64,000 nucleotides of DNA from Calditrichaceae bacterium (GTDB lineage Bacteria > Calditrichota > Calditrichia > Calditrichales > JBFXGD01), in the NCBI GenBank assembly GCA_050173015.1, contig JBFXLE010000016.1, forward strand, positions 31,188 through 95,187, in the 5' to 3' direction. The position numbers and the translations under genes were made by a program. The notes under the pieces were generated by a model. The model was given only the letters and a program-made list of their open reading frames with translations. It was not told where the DNA came from and made no database searches. Shown piece by piece: positions 41,467 to 50,378 of this stretch. Numbering within the stretch: the first letter of the stretch is position 1; every line of letters begins with the position of its first letter.

Positions 41467-42204
41467 GTGAGTAAATTAGTAGCTGTTATTCTTGCCGCCG
41501 GAAAAGGTAAAAGAATGAAATCGGATCTCCCGAAAGTACTGCATAAAATAAATGACCGTCCGATGGTCCACTATGTCATTGATCTTGCAAAAAATGTCGG
41601 CTCGGAGAAAACAATCCTGATCATTGGGCATGGAAAAGAACTGGTGAAGGATGCATGTAAATATATGGATGTTAAATTCGCCGTCCAACAGGAACAACTT
41701 GGTACAGGTCATGCCGTTTCCATGTCAGCAGATGAACTGTACGGGTATGATGGAGATGTTCTGGTATTATCCGGAGACGTGCCCCTTTTAACCGCCGATA
41801 CAATCCGTGAACTTATTAAAACCCAACAGGTAAGCGGCGCGGCGGCAACGATTCTGACATCAGAACTCGATGACCCGACGGGCTACGGGCGGATTATCAG
41901 AGATGAAAACAACTTCGTCAGAAATATTGTTGAACATAAGGATGCCACTCCCGAAGAATTGACAATCAGGGAAATTAATGTCGGTATTTACATCTTTAAA
42001 TCAGTTGATCTGTTCAAAGCGCTAAAACTGGTCCGAAATGACAATAATCAGGGTGAATACTATCTCCCGGATGTCGTTCCCATCTTTCTTTCTGAGGGAA
42101 AAAAGGTCAATGCCGTAAAGACAAATAATTTTAATGAAACACGCGGTATTAACGATATTGAGCAGTTGAAGGAAGCGGAAACAATTTTAAACAGTGAACG
42201 TTAA
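41467..42204 (+). CDS. GlmU-like nucleotidyltransferase, N-terminal (uridyltransferase) domain only
   Basis: ILAAGKGKRMKSDLPKVLH, QLGTGHAV, GDVP, PTGYGRI, NNQGEYYLPD; stops at 245 aa with no hexapeptide-repeat domain. Confidence 0.88.
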   Translation: MSKLVAVILAAGKGKRMKSDLPKVLHKINDRPMVHYVIDLAKNVGSEKTILIIGHGKELVKDACKYMDVKFAVQQEQLGTGHAVSMSADELYGYDGDVLVLSGDVPLLTADTIRELIKTQQVSGAAATILTSELDDPTGYGRIIRDENNFVRNIVEHKDATPEELTIREINVGIYIFKSVDLFKALKLVRNDNNQGEYYLPDVVPIFLSEGKKVNAVKTNNFNETRGINDIEQLKEAETILNSER

Positions 42205-42272
42205 CGATTTATAGTGTTGATTTAGAGACCTGTGTTTAATAACTTATGTCCACATTGTAAATGGGGGTAAGT

Positions 42273-42758
42273 ATGAATAAATTTTTTGTCAAAAGCATAA
42301 TAACCCTGTTATTGATATTTATTCCGGTCGCCGGATTCAGCCAACTAAAAAAGGATGTTGAAAAACCGGATTTTACGACAATGCTCAGCAAACCGTCAAC
42401 TGATTTTTTATTTGGGTTTCTTGATCCGAATAAAATGCATATGAACCATTCCTTCTCCATGTCTTACAGCACCATGGCCGGTGAGGGAATGATGTTAAAT
42501 TCGTACACTAATATGATTAATTATCAATATTCTGAAAATTTATTATTAACAACCGAATTAGGACTGCTCACTTCACCTTACAACACGTATCAGGACGAAA
42601 GTGATCTGGGAAAACCGAAATTCTTTGGCGGCGCCGAACTCACATATAAAATGAGTGAAAATTCAAGTTTATCGCTGAAAGTTGAATCAAAACCATATTA
42701 CATGTACACCCGGGAGCCTTTTTTAGGCAGATATCATTTTGATCAGTTTCAAAAATAG
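42273..42758 (+). CDS. Hypothetical secreted or outer-membrane protein
   Basis: Signal peptide followed by beta-rich sequence. Confidence 0.65.
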   Translation: MNKFFVKSIITLLLIFIPVAGFSQLKKDVEKPDFTTMLSKPSTDFLFGFLDPNKMHMNHSFSMSYSTMAGEGMMLNSYTNMINYQYSENLLLTTELGLLTSPYNTYQDESDLGKPKFFGGAELTYKMSENSSLSLKVESKPYYMYTREPFLGRYHFDQFQK

Positions 42759-42782
42759 CATAAAAGGTGAATGATATTGTAG

Positions 42783-42825
42783 AACCGAACTTTATGTCAG
42801 CGAGGCTGAGTTCGGTTATTTTTTT
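42783..42825 (+). terminator. Rho-independent terminator
   Basis: AACCGAACT...AGTTCGGTT followed by a T tract. Confidence 0.7.
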
Positions 42826-42855
42826 GTCATCTAAAATCAGGAGTCAATCAAAACC

Positions 42856-43467
42856 TTGAGACATCGCCGACGTTATAACACCCAGACTATCAGAAGAAAG
42901 AACCAGACAACCACTACGCGACCTGTTGTCCGTGAAAACTCAGGTACCACAAAGAAATTCTTTACCTATGTTACCGTTTTGCTCATCGCTGCCGCTGCCG
43001 TCTATGCCATTTCTGAATATTTATTGCCGGTATTTGAACAGGAACCGAACCAGCCCGTCGTCGAACTGAAGACAAGACCGCAACAGGAAACACCGTCTAT
43101 CCCGGCGAAGAAGGAACCTGCCGATCAAAATCAATACTATTCCCCTATTAAGAAAAAAATTCAGATTGAGGTGCTTAACGGATGTGGTGAGCAGGGTATC
43201 GCTAAATTGCTGTCGGATAAATTAAAATCTGAAAATTACGATATTGTTAACAGCGGCAATTATCTCGAAAAAGGAAAATTGCAGTGGAATGTCGCAAACA
43301 CAAAAATTATTGATCAGATTGGAGACTTTGATAAGGCTGTTGAGCTTGCCAGGTTAATGGGAGTGAACACTTCGCTCGTTGAATCTGTTAAAAACCCTTC
43401 CCCGATCGCTGATATAACAATTGTTATTGGTAAAGATCACCAAAATCTGAACATTATGAAAAAATAA
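42856..43467 (+). CDS. LytR C-terminal domain membrane protein
   Basis: Single TM, IEVLNGCG..GIA, DITIVIGKD; sits next to rsfS. Confidence 0.85.
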   Translation: MRHRRRYNTQTIRRKNQTTTTRPVVRENSGTTKKFFTYVTVLLIAAAAVYAISEYLLPVFEQEPNQPVVELKTRPQQETPSIPAKKEPADQNQYYSPIKKKIQIEVLNGCGEQGIAKLLSDKLKSENYDIVNSGNYLEKGKLQWNVANTKIIDQIGDFDKAVELARLMGVNTSLVESVKNPSPIADITIVIGKDHQNLNIMKK

Positions 43468-43490
43468 AATTGATATTTACGGAGGAAAAT

Positions 43491-43844
43491 TTGTCTGCTA
43501 CTGAACTGGCGCAGAAAGCGGTTGAACTGGCACTTGAAAAAAAAGGCCATCAAATTGTAAAAATGGATATTTCAAAACTAACGAACATATCAGATTATTT
43601 TGTGGTAATTTCCGGCGATTCAAACGTTCAAATTAAAGCAATTGCGGAGCATATAGAAGATGGATTACGCAATGAAGGCGTTCATCTTTATCATAAAGAA
43701 GGTTATCAAAACCTAAGCTGGGTATTACTTGACTATGTTGATGTCGTAATTCACGTTTTTAACAATGAATCACGGGCATATTACGGAATCGAGAAACTTT
43801 GGGGCGACGCGAAAATTGAACTTGTCACGGAGCCTGTGAAATGA
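43491..43844 (+). CDS. rsfS: Ribosome silencing factor
   Basis: DYFVVISG.S..QIKAIA, WVLLDYVDVVIHVF, R.YY.IEKLW; TTG start after GGAGG. Confidence 0.95.
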   Translation: MSATELAQKAVELALEKKGHQIVKMDISKLTNISDYFVVISGDSNVQIKAIAEHIEDGLRNEGVHLYHKEGYQNLSWVLLDYVDVVIHVFNNESRAYYGIEKLWGDAKIELVTEPVK

Positions 43845-45475
43845 CGACTGAGAAGTATATTATAAATGAATTAGAGCGTTTTCTAAAAGCTCAAAAAATT
43901 TCAGATCTTGAAATCGTCCTTCAGAGACCCAAGGAACAACAGTTTGGCGATTACTCGTCCAATCTCGCGATGCAGCTTGCCCGTCATTTAAAAAAAAACC
44001 CTAAACAAATCGCGGAAGATATCAAGGCATTTTTTGATCTGAATCCTGAGTATATATCCGGAATCGAAATTGCCGGGCCTGGTTTTTTGAATTTTTTTGC
44101 GTCCAACTCAAACCTCTATCATCAATTAGAGATTATACTGGATAAGGGAGCGAGTTACGGCCGGTCCAACATAGGTCAGGGACAGAAAGCGCTTGTGGAA
44201 TTTGTCAGCGCGAATCCGACCGGACCTCTGACTATCGGACACGGCAGACAAGCCGTCCTCGGAGATACGGTTGCACGGCTCCTTGATGCTGTCGGCTATG
44301 AAGTAACGAGAGAGTATTATTTTAACAACGCCGGCCGGCAGATGCGTGTTCTCGGCAATTCAGTGCGTCTGAGGTATCTGGAACTCACCGGTATGGAAAT
44401 TGAGTTTCCGGATGACCATTACCAGGGTGAATACATTATTGAAATCGCGCGCGAACTCCTGAATGAATTCGGTGATTCACTTAAGGACAAAACAGACAGT
44501 CCCATTTTTAAGGACCGGGCCGAACAAAGTATTTTTACCGATATCAAAAAAACAATTAAGCGCATTGGTTTTGAGTTCGATGTATTTTTCAATGAGAAAT
44601 CACTTTATGATGACGGCAAAATTGACTCAACCATTCAGGGGTTAGCTGAAAAAAAACTCGTGGCGGAACGGGACGGAGCGACCTGGTTTCTGACTACAAA
44701 ACTGGGATTTGACCAGGACCGGGTTATCATCAAAAATACTGGAGAACCGACCTACCGTTTGCCGGATATGGCCTATCATGTTGAAAAATATAAGCGCGGT
44801 TTCGATAATATAATCGATATATTCGGCGCCGATCATATCGCGACCTATCCTGATGTACTGGCCGCGCTCGAAGCGCTGGGTTATGATACAAAAAAAGTAC
44901 ATGTTCTTATTCATCAGTTCGTTACCCTCACCGAAAATGGCGAAAAAGTGAAGATGTCCACACGGAAAGCGAATTTTGTTACCCTCGATGAACTGCTTGA
45001 TGAAGTCGGCGCGGATGTTACAAGGTACTTCTTTATCATGAGACACATGAATTCACATTTAAATTTTGATCTTTCACTCGCAAAAACCCAGTCAGATGAA
45101 AATCCGGTTTACTATATCCAGTACGCCCACGCCCGGATTTGCAGTATTATTTCGCTCGGTGAATCTAAAAACATTGAATTGGACAAAAAAGCAAATCTAT
45201 CTTTGCTGGCCGCTCCGGAAGAGATCAATCTGATCAAGCATCTGATAGATTTCCCTGTGGTGCTTGAAGCCAGCGCTGTAAATTACGAACCTCACAGAAT
45301 GGCAAATTACCTCTTCGAGGTCGCTTCACTTTTTCACAAATTTTATACGGTTTGCAGAGTCATTACAGAAGATTCCGAACTAACTGTAGCGAGGTTGGCT
45401 TTAATTGACGCCACAAGAATTGTTATTGCCAATGGATTGGAGAAACTTGGAATATCCGCTCCGGTCCGGATGTAA
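43841..45475 (+). CDS. argS: Arginine-tRNA ligase
   Basis: FGDYSSN, AGPGFLN, EFVSANPTGPLTIGHGR, GADH, KMSTRK, YIQYAHARI, SAPVRM. Confidence 0.97.
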   Translation: MTTEKYIINELERFLKAQKISDLEIVLQRPKEQQFGDYSSNLAMQLARHLKKNPKQIAEDIKAFFDLNPEYISGIEIAGPGFLNFFASNSNLYHQLEIILDKGASYGRSNIGQGQKALVEFVSANPTGPLTIGHGRQAVLGDTVARLLDAVGYEVTREYYFNNAGRQMRVLGNSVRLRYLELTGMEIEFPDDHYQGEYIIEIARELLNEFGDSLKDKTDSPIFKDRAEQSIFTDIKKTIKRIGFEFDVFFNEKSLYDDGKIDSTIQGLAEKKLVAERDGATWFLTTKLGFDQDRVIIKNTGEPTYRLPDMAYHVEKYKRGFDNIIDIFGADHIATYPDVLAALEALGYDTKKVHVLIHQFVTLTENGEKVKMSTRKANFVTLDELLDEVGADVTRYFFIMRHMNSHLNFDLSLAKTQSDENPVYYIQYAHARICSIISLGESKNIELDKKANLSLLAAPEEINLIKHLIDFPVVLEASAVNYEPHRMANYLFEVASLFHKFYTVCRVITEDSELTVARLALIDATRIVIANGLEKLGISAPVRM

Positions 45476-45490
45476 AAATCAGGAGAAAAA

Positions 45491-46390
45491 ATGAGTATAT
45501 TAGTTGTCGGCTCCATCGCCTTTGATACGGTTGAGACGCCTCACGGTACAGCCAATGATTCCCTGGGAGGATCTGCTCTCTATTTCAGCGCAGCCGCCAG
45601 TTATTTTAGTAATGTAAATGTGGTCGGTGTTGTGGGATCCGATTTTGACATGTCCCGCATCTCATTTCTAAAAAAAAGAAATGTTAATTTTGACGGACTC
45701 TATGTCGAAAGCGGTGAAACCTTCAGATGGGGTGGACGTTATCATCAGGATATGAACAGGCGCGATACGTTATACACCTATCTGAATGTTTTCGAAGATT
45801 TCCAGCCGAGAATTCCAGCGCAGTACAGAGACGCGGAATATGTTTTCCTGGCCAATATTGACCCCGAGCTTCAGTATCAGGTACTTGAACAAATTAACAA
45901 ACCAAAATTAGTTGTACTCGATACCATGAATTTCTGGATTAGCGGTAAGAGAAAAATTCTTGAGGAAGTCATAAAAAAATGTGATATCATTATTCTGAAT
46001 GATGAGGAAACCCGAGAGCTGACAAATGAGCTGAATCTGATAAAAGCCGTCCGTAAAATCACGGAAATGGGGCCAAAAACTCTCGTGATAAAAAAAGGTG
46101 AACACGGAGCTCTTTTGTATAATGAGGACAAATTTTTCTTTACTCCAGCCTACCCGATTGAAAAAGTAATCGATCCAACCGGAGCCGGTGACTCATTCGC
46201 CGGGGGATTTTTGGGTTACATCGCCCAAAGCGGCAATCATTCCGACGAAACGCTTAGAAAGGCGCTTATTTACGGAAGTTCTATTGCCTCATATAATGTG
46301 GAAGATTTTAGCTTTAAAAGCCTGATCAGCTTAACCCAGGAACAGCTTGAACAAAGATACAGCGAGTTTGAATCGCTGACCCGTTTCTAA
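45491..46390 (+). CDS. PfkB family sugar/nucleoside kinase
   Basis: GGSA, KKGEHG, DPTGAGDSFAGG. Confidence 0.93.
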   Translation: MSILVVGSIAFDTVETPHGTANDSLGGSALYFSAAASYFSNVNVVGVVGSDFDMSRISFLKKRNVNFDGLYVESGETFRWGGRYHQDMNRRDTLYTYLNVFEDFQPRIPAQYRDAEYVFLANIDPELQYQVLEQINKPKLVVLDTMNFWISGKRKILEEVIKKCDIIILNDEETRELTNELNLIKAVRKITEMGPKTLVIKKGEHGALLYNEDKFFFTPAYPIEKVIDPTGAGDSFAGGFLGYIAQSGNHSDETLRKALIYGSSIASYNVEDFSFKSLISLTQEQLEQRYSEFESLTRF

Positions 46391-46391
46391 T

Positions 46392-46429
46392 AAAAAAGGG
46401 ATTGCGGTTAACCACAATCCCTTTTTTTT
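46392..46429. terminator. Bidirectional terminator
   Basis: AAAAAAGGGATTG..CAATCCCTTTTTTTT between convergent genes. Confidence 0.85.
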
Positions 46430-46448
46430 ATTTTTAAATGGCTGCTTA

Positions 46449-47591
46449 TTAAGACACAGGAAGCATTATTGTAAAAGTACTGCCTTTTCCCGGCGTACTT
46501 TCAACCGCGATTTCCCCGGAACAGGTGCTCAAAATTTCGCGCACCAATGAGAGACCGACGCCTATCCCGCCACCCATGAATCCGGTTTTGGAACTGGAAT
46601 GATACATCACATCCTGGACCTCATAGAAGGGTTCAAAAATTAGATCTATTTTGTGAGCCGGAATGCCTATTCCGGTATCTTCAATCATTATAAAGACTTT
46701 ATTTTTCAATGGAATTTTTTTCAGATGTAAAGCTACCTTACCATTTTCATCCGTGAATTTAAGCGCGTTTTGAGTAAGTTCCCGTATCGCTCTCTTTAAT
46801 AAAGCAGGATCGGCATTTACAATCGCCGGTTCATCTTCAGGATTAAAATCAAATACGATGTTCCGCTGGCCGAATAACACCTTAAATTCTTTATAAACAG
46901 ATTCCAGTATGCTATTTGCATCAAATTCGGTGTTTTTGTATTCCCTTATTGCTTTATCGAAATTTGACAAATCATGCATGCTGTCAAGCATATCAATCAT
47001 CTCCTGGATGGTTCCGGACATGATCCCCATATACTCATCCAAATCAGGATCAGTATTTCTGTCGATCTGCATTTCAATAAGCTCATAATAGCCTTTCAAC
47101 ACGGCCAGAGGCGTTCTCAGCTCATGAGTGGTAATGGTAATAAATTTATCCTTCAGCTCGTTCAATTCGCTCAGCCGTGTGTTCAAATCCCGTAATTTTT
47201 TGTTTTCCCGATGCGCTTCGATTTGCTGATGACATTTACTGAGGACAATTTTTACATGCTCAATGGATACCGGTTTGGTGATATAATCAAATGCTCCTTG
47301 TTTCATGGCGCTGATCGCATTATCGATAGTCGCATATCCGGTCATAACGATCACTTCGATCTGGGGAGCTTTTTTCTTGATTCGTGTGAGTGTCTCAAGA
47401 CCATTCATCACGGGCATGTTTAAATCAGTTATAACGATATCATAATTTTTCGCCATTATTTTTTGCAGTCCGTCCATGCCATTTTCTGCTGTATCAGCGT
47501 TGTAACCGAGTATACTGAGCATACTGAGATAACTCTCGCGAACATCCGGTTCGTCTTCAATAAGTAAAATATGAGGTCCTTTACTTTCCAT
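46449..47591 (-). CDS. Hybrid REC-histidine kinase (cytoplasmic)
   Basis: REC domain (IEDE, TDLNMP, KP), THELRTPL, NALKFT, DTGIGI, G.G.GLSL. Confidence 0.93.
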   Translation of the reverse strand: MESKGPHILLIEDEPDVRESYLSMLSILGYNADTAENGMDGLQKIMAKNYDIVITDLNMPVMNGLETLTRIKKKAPQIEVIVMTGYATIDNAISAMKQGAFDYITKPVSIEHVKIVLSKCHQQIEAHRENKKLRDLNTRLSELNELKDKFITITTHELRTPLAVLKGYYELIEMQIDRNTDPDLDEYMGIMSGTIQEMIDMLDSMHDLSNFDKAIREYKNTEFDANSILESVYKEFKVLFGQRNIVFDFNPEDEPAIVNADPALLKRAIRELTQNALKFTDENGKVALHLKKIPLKNKVFIMIEDTGIGIPAHKIDLIFEPFYEVQDVMYHSSSKTGFMGGGIGVGLSLVREILSTCSGEIAVESTPGKGSTFTIMLPVS

Positions 47592-47765
47592 ATCCCACAA
47601 ATTCTTTCTTATTTATGTCGGTTATAAAATAAACACAGGTATTGTAATTCTATTTATTCAGTCTAAACTTAAAATATTTCTTGATCATAGTTGTATCTGA
47701 ATTGATGAGACGAAAACATACCGGATCATTCATTAACATCCCATACATTAGAAACCGCATGATCC

Positions 47766-48011
47766 TTATTTATGATTTTCCCCTCTGGTTCTTTCGGGGA
47801 AATCAATGATCATTGTTCTGATACGTTCAAGTTCATTGTTGATACGTTTAATATATCCATTTGTTTTATTATCTTCACAATCTAATGTATCCTGCAACAA
47901 AAAAACGGAAGCATTTAATATATTCAATCTGGTTCTGAGTAATTCTATAAATTTTTGATAGTCGTCCTGACTTCCTGTCGGCAACCCGATCATATCCTTT
48001 GTACCTTCCAT
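47766..48011 (-). CDS. Small protein resembling a His-less HisKA/DHp helical hairpin
   Basis: FIELLRTRLNIL..FLL..YIKRINNELERIRTMI; AAGGA RBS upstream. Confidence 0.55.
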   Translation of the reverse strand: MEGTKDMIGLPTGSQDDYQKFIELLRTRLNILNASVFLLQDTLDCEDNKTNGYIKRINNELERIRTMIIDFPERTRGENHK

Positions 48012-48284
48012 ATAATCTTATCTTTATCCTTAAAATATTTTTTCTGATCTGATCTTTAATTCATTGATAAAATGATCATCGACACCTAAGTATAAGTTTT
48101 GAGTTTTTTTTAATTTTTGAACATAATTAATTATATAAACATCATTACGATTTATTGTTTTCTCCAAACTTCTACGAATTTATGGCATTTTTGATTCAAA
48201 ACCGGCGTTTAACATTATGAATAACCGGTCAACTTAATGATGCCGGTTCTTGCTTTCATACATTTTATTTTGCAAAATTGAATT

Positions 48285-49313
48285 ATGGTAAAAAGCGAAT
48301 TAAAATTAGCAAACTGGTGGGATGAGCTGGAAAATGGCAAAGTGTTGTGTACGCTTTGCCCCAGATATTGCAAAATTGGCAAAGGCCAGTCAGGATTCTG
48401 TTTTATCCGCCAGAATATAGACGGAAAATTATACTCCGCCGGCTACGGCAGACCAACGGGATTTGCGGTGGATCCTATTGAGAAGAAACCATTAAATCAT
48501 TTTTTCCCGGGATCATCCATCCTTAGCTTTGGAACAGCCGGTTGTAATTTAGGATGCAAGTTTTGCCAGAACTGGTCCATGAGTAAAAGCCGGCTGGATG
48601 ATTTAAATGCCATGAACGCAACTCCGGAACAGGTGGTAGATCTTGCTATCAGGCGAAATGTTCCTTCCATAGCCTATACCTACAATGATCCGACAATTTT
48701 CGGGGAGTATGTGAGGGATATTTCCAGAATAGGCCGTGATAAAGGCATTAAATCAGTGATGGTTACATCCGGTTATATTGATAAGGAAGCGCGAAAAGAC
48801 GTTTATAAATATATTGATGCCGCCAATGTGGATTTGAAGGCGTTCACCGAAACTTTTTATCATAAGCTCACCTTTTCACATCTTGGTCCAGTTCTCGATA
48901 CGCTCAAATGGCTTCGTCATGAAACTGATATCTGGTTTGAAATTACGACTCTTCTTATCCCCGGCGAAAATGATTCGCAGGATGAAATCAAAAAAATGTG
49001 TGAATGGGTTCTTAATAATCTGGGTGATGAAATCCCATTACATTTTACCGCTTTCCATCCTGATTTTAAGATGCGTGATAAAAATCCCACGCCTCCGTCA
49101 ACACTCAAAAGCGCCCGAACTTTGGCACTGTCCATGGGCATAAAATACTGCTATGTGGGCAACGTTCATGATTCTGAGGGTCAAACCACCTATTGTCCGG
49201 AATGTCACACCACCCTGATCGAACGGGATTGGCATACGGTTTTCAGGAATAAAATTCAAAACGGCCTGTGTCCTGAATGCAGAACGCCTATTGCCGGTTT
49301 GGGTATCTCATAA
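48285..49313 (+). CDS. amrS: AmmeMemoRadiSam system radical SAM enzyme
   Basis: CTLCPRYC, DPIEKKPL.HF.PG, GCNLGCKFCQNW, AANVDLK, FHPDF, YVGNV. Confidence 0.93.
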   Translation: MVKSELKLANWWDELENGKVLCTLCPRYCKIGKGQSGFCFIRQNIDGKLYSAGYGRPTGFAVDPIEKKPLNHFFPGSSILSFGTAGCNLGCKFCQNWSMSKSRLDDLNAMNATPEQVVDLAIRRNVPSIAYTYNDPTIFGEYVRDISRIGRDKGIKSVMVTSGYIDKEARKDVYKYIDAANVDLKAFTETFYHKLTFSHLGPVLDTLKWLRHETDIWFEITTLLIPGENDSQDEIKKMCEWVLNNLGDEIPLHFTAFHPDFKMRDKNPTPPSTLKSARTLALSMGIKYCYVGNVHDSEGQTTYCPECHTTLIERDWHTVFRNKIQNGLCPECRTPIAGLGIS

Positions 49314-49350
49314 AAACATAATATTTTTTAAAAAAAATCAACTGAATATC

Positions 49351-49379
49351 TTGACTCATATGCAAGTAGTCCGTATATT
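49351..49379 (+). promoter_or_regulatory. Sigma70-like promoter of tRNA-Asn
   Basis: TTGACT-17 nt-TATATT, 26 nt upstream of the tRNA. Confidence 0.75.
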
Positions 49380-49405
49380 TTGCACTTCTATTTTGAAACA
49401 ATCAT

Positions 49406-49478
49406 TCCGGCGTAGCTCAATCGGCAGAGCGGGTGGCTGTTAACCACTAGGTTGTAGGTTCGAGTCCTACCGCCGGAG
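49406..49478 (+). tRNA. tRNA-Asn (GTT)
   Basis: Acceptor stem TCCGGCG/CGCCGGA, D arm GCTC..GAGC, anticodon loop CTGTTAA, T arm GTAGG-TTCGAGT-CCTAC; CCA not encoded. Confidence 0.97.
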
Positions 49479-49481
49479 CAT
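49455..49481 (+). repeat. att site (tRNA-side copy of the 27-bp core)
   Basis: TAGGTTCGAGTCCTACCGCCGGAGCAT, identical to 55088-55114. Confidence 0.95.
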
Positions 49482-49522
49482 AAGGTCTTGTTAAAGTTGA
49501 ACTTAGCAAGACCTTTTTTTTT
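49482..49522 (+). terminator. tRNA terminator supplied by the element
   Basis: AAGGTCTTGTTAA..TTAGCAAGACCTT plus a T tract. Confidence 0.85.
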
Positions 49523-49523
49523 G

Positions 49524-49548
49524 CTGAGAACTAAATGAGAACTAAAAT
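49524..49548 (+). repeat. Putative integrase arm-type site (2 x TGAGAACTAAA)
   Basis: CTGAGAACTAAATGAGAACTAAAAT, identical at 54938-54962. Confidence 0.8.
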
Positions 49549-49700
49549 CTTAAAATATGAACACAAAAAAAAGAGTCCGGAAAATATAATTCCTGAACTC
49601 TTTGTTCTTTTTTATGGACTCAAATAATAGATTAAAATTTTGACCTGATGCCTGGATAGTGTTTTTTTTATACGACCGCTTGTTCGGTTCTGGTTCAATC

Positions 49701-50009
49701 CTATTCTATTACAATTACATCATGTTCTTTGTGCTGAACCATTCGTTCAAGTGCCTTACCTTCTGTCCTGTCCGCGATGAACTCTATCGCCCAGCGTTCA
49801 CCGGCAAGTGCTAATGATATGACCTTTTCTAATATCATTTCTCTGTGTGTCCGCCCGTCTTCTACTTCGTCCAATTTTGAATTGAGAATATCGGCAATGG
49901 CTAAACCCTTCTTAGGCCTTCCTGAACGGTTGCCTTCCTGATTGCCCTTTGCGAATTGCCCCCTGCTATTCCGATTTTTTGCCGTGTTTAGTACGGATAA
50001 ATTATTCAT
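49701..50009 (-). CDS. Terminase small subunit-like / DUF5681-like protein
   Basis: RNSRGQFAKGNQEGNRSGRPKK..L..L..KVI.LALAGE..AIEFIADRTEGKA; GGAG RBS before the ATG at 50009. Confidence 0.6.
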   Translation of the reverse strand: MNNLSVLNTAKNRNSRGQFAKGNQEGNRSGRPKKGLAIADILNSKLDEVEDGRTHREMILEKVISLALAGERWAIEFIADRTEGKALERMVQHKEHDVIVIE

Positions 50010-50247
50010 TGTGTCACTCTCCAATATTTTGTTTTATAAGGATTTTACTTATATCGCTTGACGACGTTTAACGCATATGGTGGTACTCGCTCATACTGTG
50101 ATTAATTAGGCCTGAATGCCTTGTCGCGCTCCGTTTGAGTTCTGTTAGTCCCAGGAATGTAAAATATAGATTCATTTCTTTACTGTACGCTCTACTTTTT
50201 TTAATCCCGATTTTTTAGAATGTTCATAATATTATAATTCTTTTTAG

Positions 50248-50261
50248 TGTACGTTTGTACA
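50248..50261. promoter_or_regulatory. TGTAC-N4-GTACA palindrome (same motif as upstream of dnaE)
   Basis: TGTACGTTTGTACA beside the repeat array, ~240 bp upstream of the TerS-like gene; minus-strand TATAAT at 50231-50236. Confidence 0.5.
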
Positions 50262-50270
50262 TCTTAACAA

Positions 50271-50378
50271 GTGGGACAGGTGGGACAGGTGGGACAGGTG
50301 TCCCAGGTGTCCCAGGTGTCCCAGGTGTCCCAGGTGTCCCAGGTGTCCCAGGTGTCCCAGGTGTTACAGGTGTTACAG
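50271..50378. repeat. 12 x 9-bp tandem array, putative iteron origin
   Basis: 3x GTGGGACAG, 7x GTGTCCCAG, 2x GTGTTACAG; the last unit overlaps the helicase stop codon. Confidence 0.9.

Noticed and set aside
50068-50175. 35-aa minus-strand ORF (MNLYFTFLGL...) between the array and the TerS-like gene
   Set aside because: No clear RBS or recognisable motif; cannot be supported
50271-50378. Repeat array as a CRISPR
   Set aside because: The units are 9 bp and contiguous, with no unique spacers and no cas genes
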